Below, piece by piece: positions 30,532-42,025 of a DNA stretch of 64,000 bases; the stretch's first letter is position 1, and every line of letters begins with the position of its first letter. The stretch lies in contig CAWVVV010000002.1 in assembly GCA_963933835.1 (NCBI GenBank), positions 352,001-416,000 of the forward strand. Direction: 5' to 3'. Position numbers and translations under genes: made by a program. Below the pieces are notes generated by a model. That model was not told the DNA's origin, made no database searches, and worked only from the letters and a program-made list of their open reading frames with translations. The DNA is from an uncultured Puniceicoccaceae bacterium. GTDB lineage: Bacteria; Verrucomicrobiota; Verrucomicrobiia; Opitutales; Oceanipulchritudinaceae.

Positions 30532-30589
30532 ATCACCCATCACCCTTTCTTTTTAACCCAACCATTTTTGGTCAACTCCCCGCAACGCC

Positions 30590-31120
30590 ATGCGTCACCG
30601 TAAACACCGTCACCAACTAGGTCGTAAAAAAGAGCACCGCGCAGCCCTCATGGCTAATCTCGCCGCTGCTCTCCTTAAGCACGACCAGATCAAGACCACG
30701 ATTTCAAAGGCGAAAGCCCTCCGTCCATTCGTTGAGAAAATCATCACGATGGCGAAGAAAGCACATGGCGCCTCTCCGGAGCGCGCACTTGCTTACCGTC
30801 GCTTGGCGATGGCGCGTGTTCGTGATCAAGAAGCCATCGCTCTTCTCTTCCGCGAGAAAGTGACAGAGTTTGTTGATCGTCCAGGTGGTTATACACGCAT
30901 CTACAAGCTCGGGCAACGTGTTGGTGATGCTGCTGAAATTGCCTTGATTCAACTCATTCCTGGATCCGACGAAGGCTACGAGAAGAAGAAAGCTCGTCCG
31001 GCTAAGAAGAAGGAAGCAACACCCGCTCCTGCTGCCGCAGAAGAAGTTGAAGTTGCTGAGCCAGTGGTTGAGGCTGAAGTTGTTGAAGCAGCTCCAGAAG
31101 AAGCCAAAGACAAAGAGTAG
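30590..31120 (+). CDS. rplQ: 50S ribosomal protein L17 with C-terminal extension
   Basis: MRHRK, KTTISKAK, RPGGYTRIYK, RVGDAAE. Confidence 0.97.
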   Translation: MRHRKHRHQLGRKKEHRAALMANLAAALLKHDQIKTTISKAKALRPFVEKIITMAKKAHGASPERALAYRRLAMARVRDQEAIALLFREKVTEFVDRPGGYTRIYKLGQRVGDAAEIALIQLIPGSDEGYEKKKARPAKKKEATPAPAAAEEVEVAEPVVEAEVVEAAPEEAKDKE

Positions 31121-31145
31121 CCCTCTAGTCTTAGTTCAATTTATC

Positions 31146-31175
31146 AAAAAGCACCTGCCTCGCGGGTGCTTTTTT
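31146..31175 (+). terminator. Intrinsic terminator ending the ribosomal cluster
   Basis: AAAAA-GCACCTGC-CTC-GCGGGTGC-TTTTTT. Confidence 0.9.
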
Positions 31176-31244
31176 GTTGTTTAAATTCTTTCTGCAAAGC
31201 CCCATCTTCTTTCGCGGTCGACTGCCCACGCAGATCCCAATCTG

Positions 31245-31478
31245 ATGACAGAGTTTTCCCTCGAATTTGTAATTACCGGCTTCCTCGTTATGGGACTGGG
31301 GCTCTTTTTCGTCATCTGGATCTACTACGATCGGCGAAATCGCCTGTATGGCATCGCACGGAAGCGTTCCCGCGCATTCCACTGTTCTCGCTGCGGGGAG
31401 CTCTACGAAAGTCGCGAGGCAGATGATCCAGTCTCTTGTCCGAGCTGTGATGCTAAGAATCCTTCGCTCAGGTTTTGA
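31245..31478 (+). CDS. Small membrane-anchored zinc-ribbon protein
   Basis: One TM helix, then CSRC...CPSC. Confidence 0.7.
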   Translation: MTEFSLEFVITGFLVMGLGLFFVIWIYYDRRNRLYGIARKRSRAFHCSRCGELYESREADDPVSCPSCDAKNPSLRF

Positions 31479-31549
31479 AAAAAGTGAGGCCTCTTCAGTT
31501 CCTTCCCGCTTGCGCCTGAGACGCATCATGCCTTCTCTTGGCGTCTTTC

Positions 31550-33088
31550 ATGTCTCAGATAATAGCAGTTCTCGACTTTGGATCTCAGTATACACAGGTC
31601 ATCGCGCGGCGTTTGCGTGAATGCCAGATCAATTCCCGTGTCTATCCCTATCATACCTCCGCCGAAGACTTGAAAAAGATCGGTGTGCAGGGGGTAATTC
31701 TCTCGGGAGGTCCTTCCAGTGTTCTCGCGCCAAAAGCGCCCATGCCTGACCTCAAGATTTTTGATCTTGGGGTTCCTGTATTAGGAATTTGTTACGGCAT
31801 ACAGCTCCTCGCTCACCACCTAGGAGGCAAGGTCCTGCCGAGTCTTGAACGGGAGTATGGTCGCGGTAAGCTAGTCGTCGAGACGGACAGTCTGCTCTTT
31901 GCAGGCATCCGCCCTGAGATTCAGGTTTGGAATTCTCATGGCGATCGCCTTGAGGCAGTACCCGAAGGTTTTCAATCGATTGGCCGAACCGAGAACAGCG
32001 ACTTTGCTGCGATTGAAAATTCCGATCGTAAAATTTACGGACTGCAGTTTCACCCCGAAGTCTTCCATACCGAGCAGGGCACGGATATTATCCGTAACTT
32101 TGTGAAGGGTATCTGTGGCTGTGTGGGTGATTGGACGATGGCTAACTATGCCGAAATGACGATCGAACGGATACGCAAGACCGTCGGTGACAAAAACGTC
32201 ATTCTGGGACTGAGCGGTGGGGTAGATAGCTCTATCGCCGCGGCCCTCATAGATCGCGCTATTGGAAAGCAGCTCACTTGTGTATTCGTCGACAATGGAC
32301 TGCTCCGCAAGGACGAGGCTGGAGCTGTCGAAAAGCTCTACGGAGACAACTTTAAGCTCAACCTCGTCGTTTCCCGATCAGCGGATCTATTTCTAGATCG
32401 GCTCGCTGGTATTACGGATCCGGAGCAGAAGCGTAAGATCATTGGGAACACCTTCATCGAAGTCTTCGAAGCAGAGGTTGGTGGCATTGGTGAAGTAGAT
32501 TTTCTAGCACAGGGCACGATTTATCCCGACATCATTGAATCGGTTCCGATCGATGGAAATCCTGCCGCTTTGATTAAAAGTCACCACAATGTGGGTGGGC
32601 TTCCGGAGCGAATGCGGATGAAGATCCTCGAGCCTCTCAATGAGCTATTTAAAGACGAAGTACGTGCTCTAGGTGAAGAGCTAGGTTTGCCAAAAAGCGT
32701 GGTGTGGCGCCAGCCCTTCCCCGGCCCAGGCCTCGCTGTTCGGATATTAGGTGATATCACACGTGAAAATCTCACCGTCCTCCGCAATGCCGATGCAATT
32801 CTAATGGAGGAGATGAAAGCGGCGGATCTCTACTACAGCGTTTGGCAGAGTTTTTGTGTCTTCTTGCCCGTGCGTACTGTTGGAGTGATGGGTGACGAGC
32901 GCACCTATGACAACGTCATCGCCCTGCGTATTGTTGAGAGTATTGATGCGATGACAGCGGACTGGGCGAAGCTGCCTAACGAGCTCTTGGCAAAAGTCTC
33001 AAATCGGATCATGAACGAAGTGAAAGGTATTAACCGCGTTGTTCTTGATATTTCTTCGAAGCCCCCAAGCACGATCGAATGGGAATGA
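31550..33088 (+). CDS. guaA: GMP synthase (glutamine-hydrolysing)
   Basis: [44 protein letters not shown]. Confidence 0.98.
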   Translation: MSQIIAVLDFGSQYTQVIARRLRECQINSRVYPYHTSAEDLKKIGVQGVILSGGPSSVLAPKAPMPDLKIFDLGVPVLGICYGIQLLAHHLGGKVLPSLEREYGRGKLVVETDSLLFAGIRPEIQVWNSHGDRLEAVPEGFQSIGRTENSDFAAIENSDRKIYGLQFHPEVFHTEQGTDIIRNFVKGICGCVGDWTMANYAEMTIERIRKTVGDKNVILGLSGGVDSSIAAALIDRAIGKQLTCVFVDNGLLRKDEAGAVEKLYGDNFKLNLVVSRSADLFLDRLAGITDPEQKRKIIGNTFIEVFEAEVGGIGEVDFLAQGTIYPDIIESVPIDGNPAALIKSHHNVGGLPERMRMKILEPLNELFKDEVRALGEELGLPKSVVWRQPFPGPGLAVRILGDITRENLTVLRNADAILMEEMKAADLYYSVWQSFCVFLPVRTVGVMGDERTYDNVIALRIVESIDAMTADWAKLPNELLAKVSNRIMNEVKGINRVVLDISSKPPSTIEWE

Positions 33089-33828
33089 TCTTTCGCCGCA
33101 CAACAGTCGGATTAGTCTGCACATGGTTTTTTTTGGTCGGCCTTGCGTGGGGCGATGAACCTAAAGTAGACGTCGGATCGATCATTGAGCGCGCCCGTGC
33201 AGCCATTGCATCTGAGGAGGTCCTCAATGAGCTAGACTCTTTGTATTTCGAAGGCGTCCTTGAGCTTTATCAGAATAACATTCGCGGCGCAGTTCGTGTA
33301 TTCCTCCAAAAGCCTGCGTTTCAACGCATAGAGGTCGAAACAGAGGCTTTTCTAAAAGTCACCATTATCGGGGAGGATCTTGGCTGGGAGATCTTAACCA
33401 ATAAGCAGGCGGAAGACGCAGTGCCAAAGAGGCGCCTGCTGACACCTGAAGAATATTGGGAAAATCGCTACAATGCTGTCGAAAACCTCTACTTTTACCA
33501 TGGCTACAAGCGAGAAAGAGGGCAGCTGGTATTCCTCGAACAGACATTTCTTGAAGGTATTGAAGTGGATGTTTTCCAAGTAACTTTTGATCAAAAAAAT
33601 ATTCACCAGCGTATGATCTCGGTCGACACGGGTGAACTGGTCGCGTCCAAGGCGCCGGATGGGACACTTGTCTTTGCGCGTGAGCGTGAGACGATTGATG
33701 GCATCAAGCTGCCGAAGGAAGTGGAATACTACTCTGATGGGAAACGCGTCTCACGCGTCCGTTTTAATAAGATTGAAGTGAACCCGTGGCTTGATTCTGC
33801 CCTCTTTCGGGTGCCTGTATTTCGTTAA
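33085..33828 (+). CDS. Exported protein, putative LolA-like/lipoprotein-sorting fold
   Basis: Signal peptide; ends IDGIKLP...[20 protein letters not shown] overlap with guaA. Confidence 0.65.
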   Translation: MIFRRTTVGLVCTWFFLVGLAWGDEPKVDVGSIIERARAAIASEEVLNELDSLYFEGVLELYQNNIRGAVRVFLQKPAFQRIEVETEAFLKVTIIGEDLGWEILTNKQAEDAVPKRRLLTPEEYWENRYNAVENLYFYHGYKRERGQLVFLEQTFLEGIEVDVFQVTFDQKNIHQRMISVDTGELVASKAPDGTLVFARERETIDGIKLPKEVEYYSDGKRVSRVRFNKIEVNPWLDSALFRVPVFR

Positions 33829-33840
33829 TTAATATCCAGA

Positions 33841-35148
33841 ATGAGACTACTCGACTACACAGACCCGAAGTTCTACGCGAAGCTAGAACGCTTTATTGTC
33901 GGCCGTAGTGAAAAGCCTGAGATCAATGAGCTCGTCGGTGATATTCTATCCGATGTTAAAACTCGTGGTGATAAGGCACTGATCGACTACACGGAGCGGT
34001 TTGATGGCCATCGTTTTAAGCCATCTGAACTACGGCTCAAAGAAGAAGACCTACGCGCCGGTGTTGATGGCCTGACCGCTCGACAGAAGCGGGCAATGAA
34101 GGCCGCAATTCGATGCGTAGCAGACTTTCATCGGAACACGTTTCCGAAGAACTGGATGGGCACAAATCCACAGGGCGCGAAAGTGGGCGAACGCTGGTAT
34201 CCGATCAAAAGAGTCGGCATTTACATCCCCGCGGGGAATGTGCCACTCGTGTCTACGGTCGTTATGACGACCACGCTCGCAAAGCTAGCAGGCGTCGACG
34301 AGATCGCAGTTTTCACACCTCCTGGGCCTGATGGCGCTGTCGATGCTGGTATGCGCGCAGCTCTTTGCCTTGCGGGTATAACAGAAGTCTACCGAGTTGG
34401 CGGTGCGCAGGCGATTGCAGCAGCAGCTTATGGGACGAAAACGATTCCGGCTGTTGATAAGACGATGGGACCGGGAAATGCGTTCGTTACCGAAGCGCAG
34501 CGCCAAGTGTTTGGTCGGGTAGGGGTCGATCTCCTCCCTGGGCCAAGTGAGGCTCTTGCGATCGCTGATAAGACAGCAAATCCTGAATGGCTAGCGGCCG
34601 ATCTTCTCGCGCAAGCTGAACACGGCAGTGGTGCCGAAAAAGTTTATTACGTTTACTCTAACGAGAAACAGCGTGCTGCGGTTGAGCTAGCGATGGACCA
34701 GCAGGTGAAGACGCTTAAGCATCGCAAGGCGATTGAGAAGATCCTCAAAACGAACTGCCTAGGATTGAAGGTTTCAAACTTGGATCAAGCGATTGAGGTG
34801 GCCAATTTTATCGCACCCGAGCACCTCGAACTTCACGTCGCGAAAAAGTCGATACAACCCCTTGTAAAAGGCATTCGAACCGCTGGAGCCATCCTTTGTG
34901 GTCACGAAACACCCACTGTGATTGGCGATTTTACGGCGGGGCCAAGCCATGCCTTACCGACGTCACGATCAGGCCGTTTTTTCAGTGGCTTGAAGATTAC
35001 TGATTTCATGAGGCGCTCGAGCATTGTTCAATACGACCGTAAGTCTCTAGAGGCCGCGCGTGAAGTTGTTGCCGTATTTTCAGAGCTTGAGCAGCTCGAT
35101 GCCCACGGGCGCTCGATGGAGATTCGATTCGAAAAGGGTTCAAAGTGA
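33841..35148 (+). CDS. hisD: Histidinol dehydrogenase
   Basis: GGAQAIAA, GPGNAFV, GPSE, QAEHG, APEHLE, AGPSHALPT. Confidence 0.97.
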   Translation: MRLLDYTDPKFYAKLERFIVGRSEKPEINELVGDILSDVKTRGDKALIDYTERFDGHRFKPSELRLKEEDLRAGVDGLTARQKRAMKAAIRCVADFHRNTFPKNWMGTNPQGAKVGERWYPIKRVGIYIPAGNVPLVSTVVMTTTLAKLAGVDEIAVFTPPGPDGAVDAGMRAALCLAGITEVYRVGGAQAIAAAAYGTKTIPAVDKTMGPGNAFVTEAQRQVFGRVGVDLLPGPSEALAIADKTANPEWLAADLLAQAEHGSGAEKVYYVYSNEKQRAAVELAMDQQVKTLKHRKAIEKILKTNCLGLKVSNLDQAIEVANFIAPEHLELHVAKKSIQPLVKGIRTAGAILCGHETPTVIGDFTAGPSHALPTSRSGRFFSGLKITDFMRRSSIVQYDRKSLEAAREVVAVFSELEQLDAHGRSMEIRFEKGSK

Positions 35149-36251
35149 GCTCTCCCGGAGAGTCCGATTTTACTGCCGAGACTTGGGCCAATCCGCATGT
35201 GCGGTCGTTGCATCCATACGTTCCTGGAAAGCAGCCGAAGGGAAGTGATTGGACAAAGCTGAATACGAATGAGCTCCCGTATCCACCGAGCCCGAAGGTC
35301 TCAGAAGCGGTTGCTGCTGAGGTCTCCAGGCTTCCTAAATACCCGTCACCAACCAGCGCTCCATTGCGAGAGGCGATTGCGGCTCATCACGGACTCGATC
35401 CGTCACAGGTATTGATTGGCAATGGCTCGGATGAGATATTAACCATGCTCTTTCGTGCTTTTGCGGGTCCAGAGCGTGAAGCAGGAGAAACAACCCCAAG
35501 TTATTCTCTGTATCCAGTTTTAGCGACGATTCAGAATACATCTGTTCAATCCTACGCGCTCGAGAAAGACTTGAATTTGCCGCTCGAAGAGATCGCTAGT
35601 TGTCGAGCACCGGTCTTTTTTCTCACGACGCCGAACGCACCTTTTGGGAAAGGATTCAGCCTCGATGAACTTAGGACAGCAATTGACGGCTTCGCGGGCA
35701 TCTTTGTTGCCGACGAGGCGTATGCAGATTTTGGCGACACCTCTGCGATTGAGCTCCTTAGTCAGTGTAAGAATTTGGTTGTGACGCGGAGTTTCTCAAA
35801 GAGCTATGGCCTTGCTGGACTTCGTGTCGGCTATGCCTTGGCTAGCCCAGAAATCATTGGCCTGCTCGATCGCCTGCGTGACAGTTATAATGTGAATTGC
35901 TTGAGCCAGGCAGGCGCGCTCGCCGCTTTTCAAGATCAGGCTTATCTGAATCTTGTTGTTGGGAAAGTGAAGGCGACGCGTGAGCATTTCAGCGTAGCAT
36001 TGCGTTCGATGGGATGGGAGGTCGTTCCGTCCCAGGCGAATTTTATTTTTGCGCGCCCGCCGGTTTCAGGCGAACAGAATCGCAGTGCATTGGCGTCGGA
36101 GATTTTTAGCCGGCTAGAGTCCAAGAAGATCCTAGTTCGCTACTTCCCGAAAGACCCACTGACGGCCGACGGACTGCGTATCAGTATTGGGACGGACGAT
36201 GAGATGGACCGGTGTCTCGAATCTTTGGCTGCTCCTCCTATTGGCGGGTAG
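35145..36251 (+). CDS. hisC: Histidinol-phosphate aminotransferase
   Basis: KLNTNE, GNGSDE, DEAYADF, RSFSKSYGLAGLRVGY. Confidence 0.96.
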   Translation: MSSPGESDFTAETWANPHVRSLHPYVPGKQPKGSDWTKLNTNELPYPPSPKVSEAVAAEVSRLPKYPSPTSAPLREAIAAHHGLDPSQVLIGNGSDEILTMLFRAFAGPEREAGETTPSYSLYPVLATIQNTSVQSYALEKDLNLPLEEIASCRAPVFFLTTPNAPFGKGFSLDELRTAIDGFAGIFVADEAYADFGDTSAIELLSQCKNLVVTRSFSKSYGLAGLRVGYALASPEIIGLLDRLRDSYNVNCLSQAGALAAFQDQAYLNLVVGKVKATREHFSVALRSMGWEVVPSQANFIFARPPVSGEQNRSALASEIFSRLESKKILVRYFPKDPLTADGLRISIGTDDEMDRCLESLAAPPIGG

Positions 36252-36278
36252 TCCCCGTTTTCTCCGCGTTGAGCCCAG

Positions 36279-36307
36279 TTGACATAGGGCAAGGTCTCTT
36301 CCAACAT
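36279..36307 (+). promoter_or_regulatory. Possible internal promoter for hisB
   Basis: TTGACA-17 nt-CAACAT, 45 bp before the hisB ATG. Confidence 0.4.
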
Positions 36308-36351
36308 TTTTGAAATCTGCTGAAAGATTCAGCACATAGACAGGAAGACCC

Positions 36352-36948
36352 ATGTCAGATACACGCTCAGCAAAGATTGTCCGAAACACGAACGAGACTC
36401 AAATCGAGCTCAAGCTCACGATCGACGGAACGGGAACGAGCTCGATTTCGACGGGCATTCCGTTCTTTGACCACATGCTCGAACTCTTCAGTCGTCACGG
36501 GATCTTTGACCTTGAGCTCAAGGCGACCGGTGACATCGCAGTTGATTACCACCACACGGTGGAGGATGTCGGAATCGTTCTCGGTGAAGCCTTTAAGAAG
36601 GCGCTCGGTGACAAACGAGGTATTCGACGCTACGGGTTTTTCGTCCTGCCAATGGATGAATGCTTGGCCCGTGTAGCGGTCGACCTCAGCAATCGCCCCC
36701 TCATGGTTTACAAAGTCGAGGCGGAGGAAGCTTTCGTGCGCGATTTTAACATCCACCTTTTCCGCGAGTTTTTCCAAGCCTTTGCCAATTCAGCCGGTGC
36801 GAACGTGCACCTCGGGCTGGTCTATGGTGACGAGCCCCACCACATCGCGGAGGCACTCTTTAAGGGCTTCGCTCAAGCGATGCGCATGGCCTGTGAATCT
36901 GACCCACGTCGCGGCGATCAATTGCCGACGACGAAGGGTATGGTGTAG
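36352..36948 (+). CDS. hisB: Imidazoleglycerol-phosphate dehydratase
   Basis: [33 protein letters not shown]. Confidence 0.97.
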   Translation: MSDTRSAKIVRNTNETQIELKLTIDGTGTSSISTGIPFFDHMLELFSRHGIFDLELKATGDIAVDYHHTVEDVGIVLGEAFKKALGDKRGIRRYGFFVLPMDECLARVAVDLSNRPLMVYKVEAEEAFVRDFNIHLFREFFQAFANSAGANVHLGLVYGDEPHHIAEALFKGFAQAMRMACESDPRRGDQLPTTKGMV

Positions 36949-37023
36949 TCCTTTTCAATACTCTTATTTTTCGGCCGTCTTCTGGCCTTCCCGTTTGGCA
37001 TGATCTGTGTTGTTTAATCGGCT

Positions 37024-38172
37024 ATGAATGGTGGGGGAATTATAGCGGCGGTTGAAAATGCGCCTTGGCACGAACTATCCGTAGTGGGCTTTGAGCTCTG
37101 GCGACTGCTGGCGTTTTCGGCGGCTATTTTTGGTGGCTATCTTATAGGAAAAATTCTCGCTCTAGTCTTTCGCCAATTTGAAGCACGGGCGCTGAAAGCG
37201 GGGCGACATTTAGCGGAGGCACTTTGGTCGTCCTTTGCGAGTGCGCTGGGGCCGTTGGGCTTGGCCATGGGGCTGAAGTTTGGGATTCTCTTTCTTGATC
37301 TGATGGCAGTCGCTGGCGAGGTCATCAGCACGATAACCTCTGTATTTGTCGTGATCGCGATTGGCTGGCTCTGCTTCTGTTTGGTCGAGGTGCCGACGGC
37401 GACGTATTCACGCTGGTCGCGACGCCAGAAGTCAAAACTCACCGATATGCTCGTGCCAATCATGCGCACGGGACTGAGGGTGGTCGTCTTCATCCTCACG
37501 ATTGTCCAGATCGTGCAGGTCGTCAGCGACAAGCCGATCAGCTCAATCTTGGCCGGCTTGGGGATCGGCGGGCTGGCCTTTGCTTTAGCAGCTCAGGATT
37601 CGCTCAAGCACCTCTTTGGCTCGGTGGTCGTTTTCACCGACCGGCCGTTTGAAGTAGGGGATCGTCTCGTCGTTGATGGCCATGATGGGCCCGTCGAGGA
37701 GGTTGGCTTTCGTTCGACTAAAATACGGACGTTAGATGGCCATCTCGTGACGGTTCCGAATGGCGACTTGGTGAACAAGAGCATCTTGAATATCTCCAAG
37801 CGGCCGTTTATCAAACGGCAGTGTGATATTTCGATCACCTACGACACCCCGTCCGAGAAGATCGAAGAAGCCATTCAAATTCTTAAGGACCTCCTCGAGA
37901 ACCACGAGGGGATGGATGAGGAGTTTCCGCCGCGCGTCTACTTTAAGGATATGAAGTCGGACTGCCTGAATCTTTTCGTCATCTACTGGTATCACCCGCC
38001 TGCTTATTGGGACTATTTGGCGTTTTCGGAGCGCTTTAATCTCGAGGTAATCAAGCGCTTCCGCGCGGCTGGGATCGATTTTGCCTTCCCGACGCAGACA
38101 CTTTATCTTGCAGGCGATGAGGCTCGGCCGTTGAACATCGGCCTGAATGAGCTCCCCGGAAAGTCCAGTTAA
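37024..38172 (+). CDS. Mechanosensitive channel, MscS family
   Basis: [43 protein letters not shown]. Confidence 0.93.
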   Translation: MNGGGIIAAVENAPWHELSVVGFELWRLLAFSAAIFGGYLIGKILALVFRQFEARALKAGRHLAEALWSSFASALGPLGLAMGLKFGILFLDLMAVAGEVISTITSVFVVIAIGWLCFCLVEVPTATYSRWSRRQKSKLTDMLVPIMRTGLRVVVFILTIVQIVQVVSDKPISSILAGLGIGGLAFALAAQDSLKHLFGSVVVFTDRPFEVGDRLVVDGHDGPVEEVGFRSTKIRTLDGHLVTVPNGDLVNKSILNISKRPFIKRQCDISITYDTPSEKIEEAIQILKDLLENHEGMDEEFPPRVYFKDMKSDCLNLFVIYWYHPPAYWDYLAFSERFNLEVIKRFRAAGIDFAFPTQTLYLAGDEARPLNIGLNELPGKSS

Positions 38173-38803
38173 GCCAAAACTCGCCGTGATTGATTACGGC
38201 ATGGGTAACCTGCGCAGTGTTGTGAAGGCGTGGGAGCACGTCGGCGCGGATGTTCAGCTGATCAGTCAGCCTTCGGAGGCGGAGGGTGCCGATGCGCTCG
38301 TTTTTCCGGGGCAGGGCGCGATCGTCGATACGATGGAGCTGCTCCAACGCACGGGCTTCGATAATCTCGTCCGTGAGTGGATTGGTGCGGATAAACCGTT
38401 TTTTGGAATCTGCCTTGGGTTACAGGCGCTTTTCGAAAGCTCTGAAGAAGGTGGCGGAACGCCGTGTCTGGGGATTTTCCCCGGTGAAGTGAAACGCTTT
38501 TCTTTTCCAGCCGAACTGGGCCTTAAAGTTCCGCACATGGGTTGGAACACAGCTGAATTTACTGAGAAAGGTGGCTTAAAAACGCCGCTCGGCCCTGAAG
38601 GCGAGGCACCGTTCTTCTACTTCGTCCACAGCTATCATGTGGATACCGCGCCGGATGACATAGTCTGGGCGAAAACGACTTACGGCGCTAAGACGTTTGT
38701 CAGTGCAATCCAGAGAGGCCGTTGCTTCGCGACCCAGTTCCACCCGGAGAAATCTCAACGCGTGGGACTCGAGCTTTACCGCGCATTTCTGGAAACGCTC
38801 TAG
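38147..38803 (+). CDS. hisH: Imidazole glycerol phosphate synthase glutaminase subunit
   Basis: [38 protein letters not shown]. Confidence 0.97.
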   Translation: MSSPESPVKPKLAVIDYGMGNLRSVVKAWEHVGADVQLISQPSEAEGADALVFPGQGAIVDTMELLQRTGFDNLVREWIGADKPFFGICLGLQALFESSEEGGGTPCLGIFPGEVKRFSFPAELGLKVPHMGWNTAEFTEKGGLKTPLGPEGEAPFFYFVHSYHVDTAPDDIVWAKTTYGAKTFVSAIQRGRCFATQFHPEKSQRVGLELYRAFLETL

Positions 38804-38949
38804 GTGTCAATTTTGGGCATTTCGTAGAACGCAACAGCTAGCTAAAGTGTTCTAAGGCTCGTCGATCGGCGGGGCTTTCTGAGATTTTATCACGATATTG
38901 GGCTGAGAGGACTTGCCCCGGAGGTAAGACCCGTGGTTCTTTTATAGTT

Positions 38950-40266
38950 ATGAGTAGTGATCCTTCCAATTCTTCGTCGGCGGAGACAGCCAGTGTCGAT
39001 CTAACCCTTGATGGTAAAACTTATACCTATCCAATTATCGTTGGATCGGAAGACGAGAAGGCGATTGATTTGCGTAAGCTGCGGGCGGAAACCGGATACA
39101 TCACTTACGATGATGGCTATGGGAACACAGGATCCTGCCTGAGCAAGATCACCTACATCGACGGCGAGAATGGCATCCTGCGTCACCGAGGAATTCCGAT
39201 CGATCAACTCGCGGAGCGTTCAACGTTTCTGTGCACGTCCTATCTGATCATCTACGGCAAGCTCCCGAATCAAGCGGAGTTGGAAACGTTTCGCAAAAAG
39301 GTGGGGGCAAACTCAGGCCTGAACGAAAACTTCAAGAATCACTTCGAGGGCTTTCCGAGGGACAGTCATCCCATGGCGGTCCTCAGCTCGATGCTGAACG
39401 CTCTTGGCTGCTACCACCCTGAGATGACGAGTAATGATCGCGCACAGGACCTAGAACACTTCGACGATGCGGCAGCGTTTCTCCTTTCCAAAGTGAGATC
39501 CATCGCGGCGATGACGTATCGCATGAGCAAAGGCCTGCCCTACAACTACCCGCGCAAAGACCTGCGCTACGTGGAGAACTTCCTCCACATGATGATTACC
39601 GAGCCTCACGCTGAATACGAAGCGATCCCAGAAGTCACGGCAGCACTCGATCTTTTCTTCCTCCTTCATGCTGATCACGAGCAAAACTGCTCAACCTCCA
39701 CCGTCCGAATGGTGGCCAGTAGTGGGGCAAACATGTTCGCCTCTGTCTCGGCGGGGGTCTGCGCTCTCTGGGGCCCTCTACACGGCGGCGCGAACGCGGC
39801 GGTGATCAAGATGCTCGAGCAAATCCATGCTGATGGTGACGACGGTAGCCGCTTCATCGAAGCAGCTAAGACCGGTAAGGCGCGCTTGATGGGCTTCGGT
39901 CACCGTGTTTATAAGAACTACGATCCGCGGGCGAAGATCTTCGGGCAGGTTGCAGAGAACTTATTCACGACGCTCGGAGTGCAAGATCCGCTCCTCGATA
40001 TTGCTCGTCACCTCGAACAGGCGGCACTCAGCGACCCTTACTTCATCGAGCGTAAGCTTTACCCGAATGTAGACTTTTACAGTGGTATCGTGCTCAAGGC
40101 GCTCGGTATTCCAGTTGATATGTTTACGGTCATGTTTGCCATCGGGCGGATGCCTGGCTGGATCGCAAACTGGAAGGAAATCGCTGAGACTTCGAACAAG
40201 ATCCACCGCCCACGTCAGATCTATACAGGTGCAGTCAAAACCGACTATTCTACAGCCGCTAAATAG
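38950..40266 (+). CDS. gltA: Citrate synthase
   Basis: [43 protein letters not shown]. Confidence 0.98.
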   Translation: MSSDPSNSSSAETASVDLTLDGKTYTYPIIVGSEDEKAIDLRKLRAETGYITYDDGYGNTGSCLSKITYIDGENGILRHRGIPIDQLAERSTFLCTSYLIIYGKLPNQAELETFRKKVGANSGLNENFKNHFEGFPRDSHPMAVLSSMLNALGCYHPEMTSNDRAQDLEHFDDAAAFLLSKVRSIAAMTYRMSKGLPYNYPRKDLRYVENFLHMMITEPHAEYEAIPEVTAALDLFFLLHADHEQNCSTSTVRMVASSGANMFASVSAGVCALWGPLHGGANAAVIKMLEQIHADGDDGSRFIEAAKTGKARLMGFGHRVYKNYDPRAKIFGQVAENLFTTLGVQDPLLDIARHLEQAALSDPYFIERKLYPNVDFYSGIVLKALGIPVDMFTVMFAIGRMPGWIANWKEIAETSNKIHRPRQIYTGAVKTDYSTAAK

Positions 40267-42025
40267 GATCTGACTTAGTTCTAGGCAATAGCTCGACGGT
40301 CTCACCGTCGAGTGACGTCGCCTTCGGAAATAGGTCAGCATTAGTTCGAAGCCATTCGCTCCCCATGGGCTTGAGGAGCAGGTCGTCACCTTCCCACTGA
40401 AAGTTTACGCTACCCAGATCAAGGTGTTCAATACGGCCAGCTCCTGTTTCCTCGTTGATTTCGAGGAGTTGGTAGATCCCGAGCCAAGGTGAGAGCCACC
40501 AAGTAGCAGCGCCTTTTTTCAGTTCAATCAACGTATCTGGATCAACTGTATCTGGATGCTCTTTCCCAAAGAAGAGTTCGTTCGCATCGAGGACGAGTGC
40601 GTGGTGGGTATCGAAAATTTCCTTGGTCAAGAAGATGGGTACACTTCGAGCGTAGTCTTTACCGAACTGCTCAGACATAAGAAGGCGAAGGAACGGATCG
40701 ATCGTCCATTGGTAGTCTGCGCTAGATGTCAGTAGGCCGAAGAGGTATTTCTTTCTTTTACCTCCATAAGTTGATTCGACGGATGGAATCACAATCAATG
40801 CATCGGGAGGGCCATCATTTAAACTCGCTTCGATTTGAGCCCGATATGTGAGCACCTCATTTGACGCTGGGCTTACCCAAAATCTATGTAAGACGTCTCC
40901 GCAGGCAATGACTTGAAGCGCTGCGATGAAGGCAAAGGCAGTCAAGGTGAACCGTTCCCTACGTGGGCTGGCGATTGACCGGAGGCTACTGAAAACCAAA
41001 ACGATGATGATCGCACTGAAAGGTCCCATTAGTCTGTATGGGCTGCCATCGTAGAGATACAGACAAGGGATAAAAATAAACATGAGGGCGCCGATCCCTA
41101 GGCCCCTTAGGCTCGAGATGACACGGGGACCTCGCCAGAGACTAAAGACACCCCCAGTAAGAAGGGCTGCAAGGGTCGTGATCGCTACAACTGTTTTTGC
41201 AGTTAAGCCGTAGAAGTACGCCCAGCCATGGAGGGTCTCAGGAATCGCTCTGCCAAATAGAGTAGCAAACTGGTTTAGGAGATCTTGAGCCAGAGATATG
41301 CGTGCTAGGGAAACGCCTTCCTGGGGCGGCATTAGTGGCAGGAAAAGAAGCTTATATGTGATGTAGTAGATTCCTAATACACTGTAAAAATAGGATAGGT
41401 TTAGGGTGTTTTGGCGCAGAAATGACCGAGGGGATGCCTCCTCCTCAAGTAACTTCAAAAGCAGAGGGATCAATCCAAAGAGAGTAGACGGCTGGTATAC
41501 CCAGAGGGCAATGAAGAGACCGATCCAGCCGGCTAGCTTTCGCTTAGAAAATAGGCGGTCTGGTTCATCACAGCAAAGTTGTGCGCTCAAGACTGCCAAG
41601 GCTGCAGCCCAAGTGTAAGGGAAACAGACGGTCCAGAGAACGAGCGTCGCTAGCCCCGGAACACTGCAAATTGCTAGGGTGAGGAATAATCGTGCGCAGG
41701 GACTATAGTTATGTTTGCGAAAAAGCCTTTCGAGAGTGAAGGCAAAAACGAGCAAGCCAATAAAGCCGATGAAACGTACTCCTTGAAGACCAGAAATCCC
41801 GCCTGCAGTTGCAAAGAAGAGCTCAGTCAGGGCTGAGGTCAGAGGACGCCCTTGGATCGAGATCCAACTCTTCCATGTATCAAAGGATCCAAGCGTGACT
41901 TCATTTAAAAACCCAAATGTATCGAGCTTCGCATAGTCGTTTGTGAAGGCAGGAAAATAGACGAGCGTCAGAATCGTCAGCGAGCCCCATAGGGCCCAGT
42001 TCCAGCCGCCCCTTTCTTGCTCCAT
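40259..42025 (-). CDS. Multi-pass membrane protein, GtrII/GT-C glycosyltransferase-like, with soluble C-terminal region
   Basis: About 10 TM segments; N-terminal LDT...QGRPL and YQ motifs resemble GtrII; Trp-rich C-terminal WWLSPWLG segment. Confidence 0.55.
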   Translation of the reverse strand: MEQERGGWNWALWGSLTILTLVYFPAFTNDYAKLDTFGFLNEVTLGSFDTWKSWISIQGRPLTSALTELFFATAGGISGLQGVRFIGFIGLLVFAFTLERLFRKHNYSPCARLFLTLAICSVPGLATLVLWTVCFPYTWAAALAVLSAQLCCDEPDRLFSKRKLAGWIGLFIALWVYQPSTLFGLIPLLLKLLEEEASPRSFLRQNTLNLSYFYSVLGIYYITYKLLFLPLMPPQEGVSLARISLAQDLLNQFATLFGRAIPETLHGWAYFYGLTAKTVVAITTLAALLTGGVFSLWRGPRVISSLRGLGIGALMFIFIPCLYLYDGSPYRLMGPFSAIIIVLVFSSLRSIASPRRERFTLTAFAFIAALQVIACGDVLHRFWVSPASNEVLTYRAQIEASLNDGPPDALIVIPSVESTYGGKRKKYLFGLLTSSADYQWTIDPFLRLLMSEQFGKDYARSVPIFLTKEIFDTHHALVLDANELFFGKEHPDTVDPDTLIELKKGAATWWLSPWLGIYQLLEINEETGAGRIEHLDLGSVNFQWEGDDLLLKPMGSEWLRTNADLFPKATSLDGETVELLPRTKSDPI

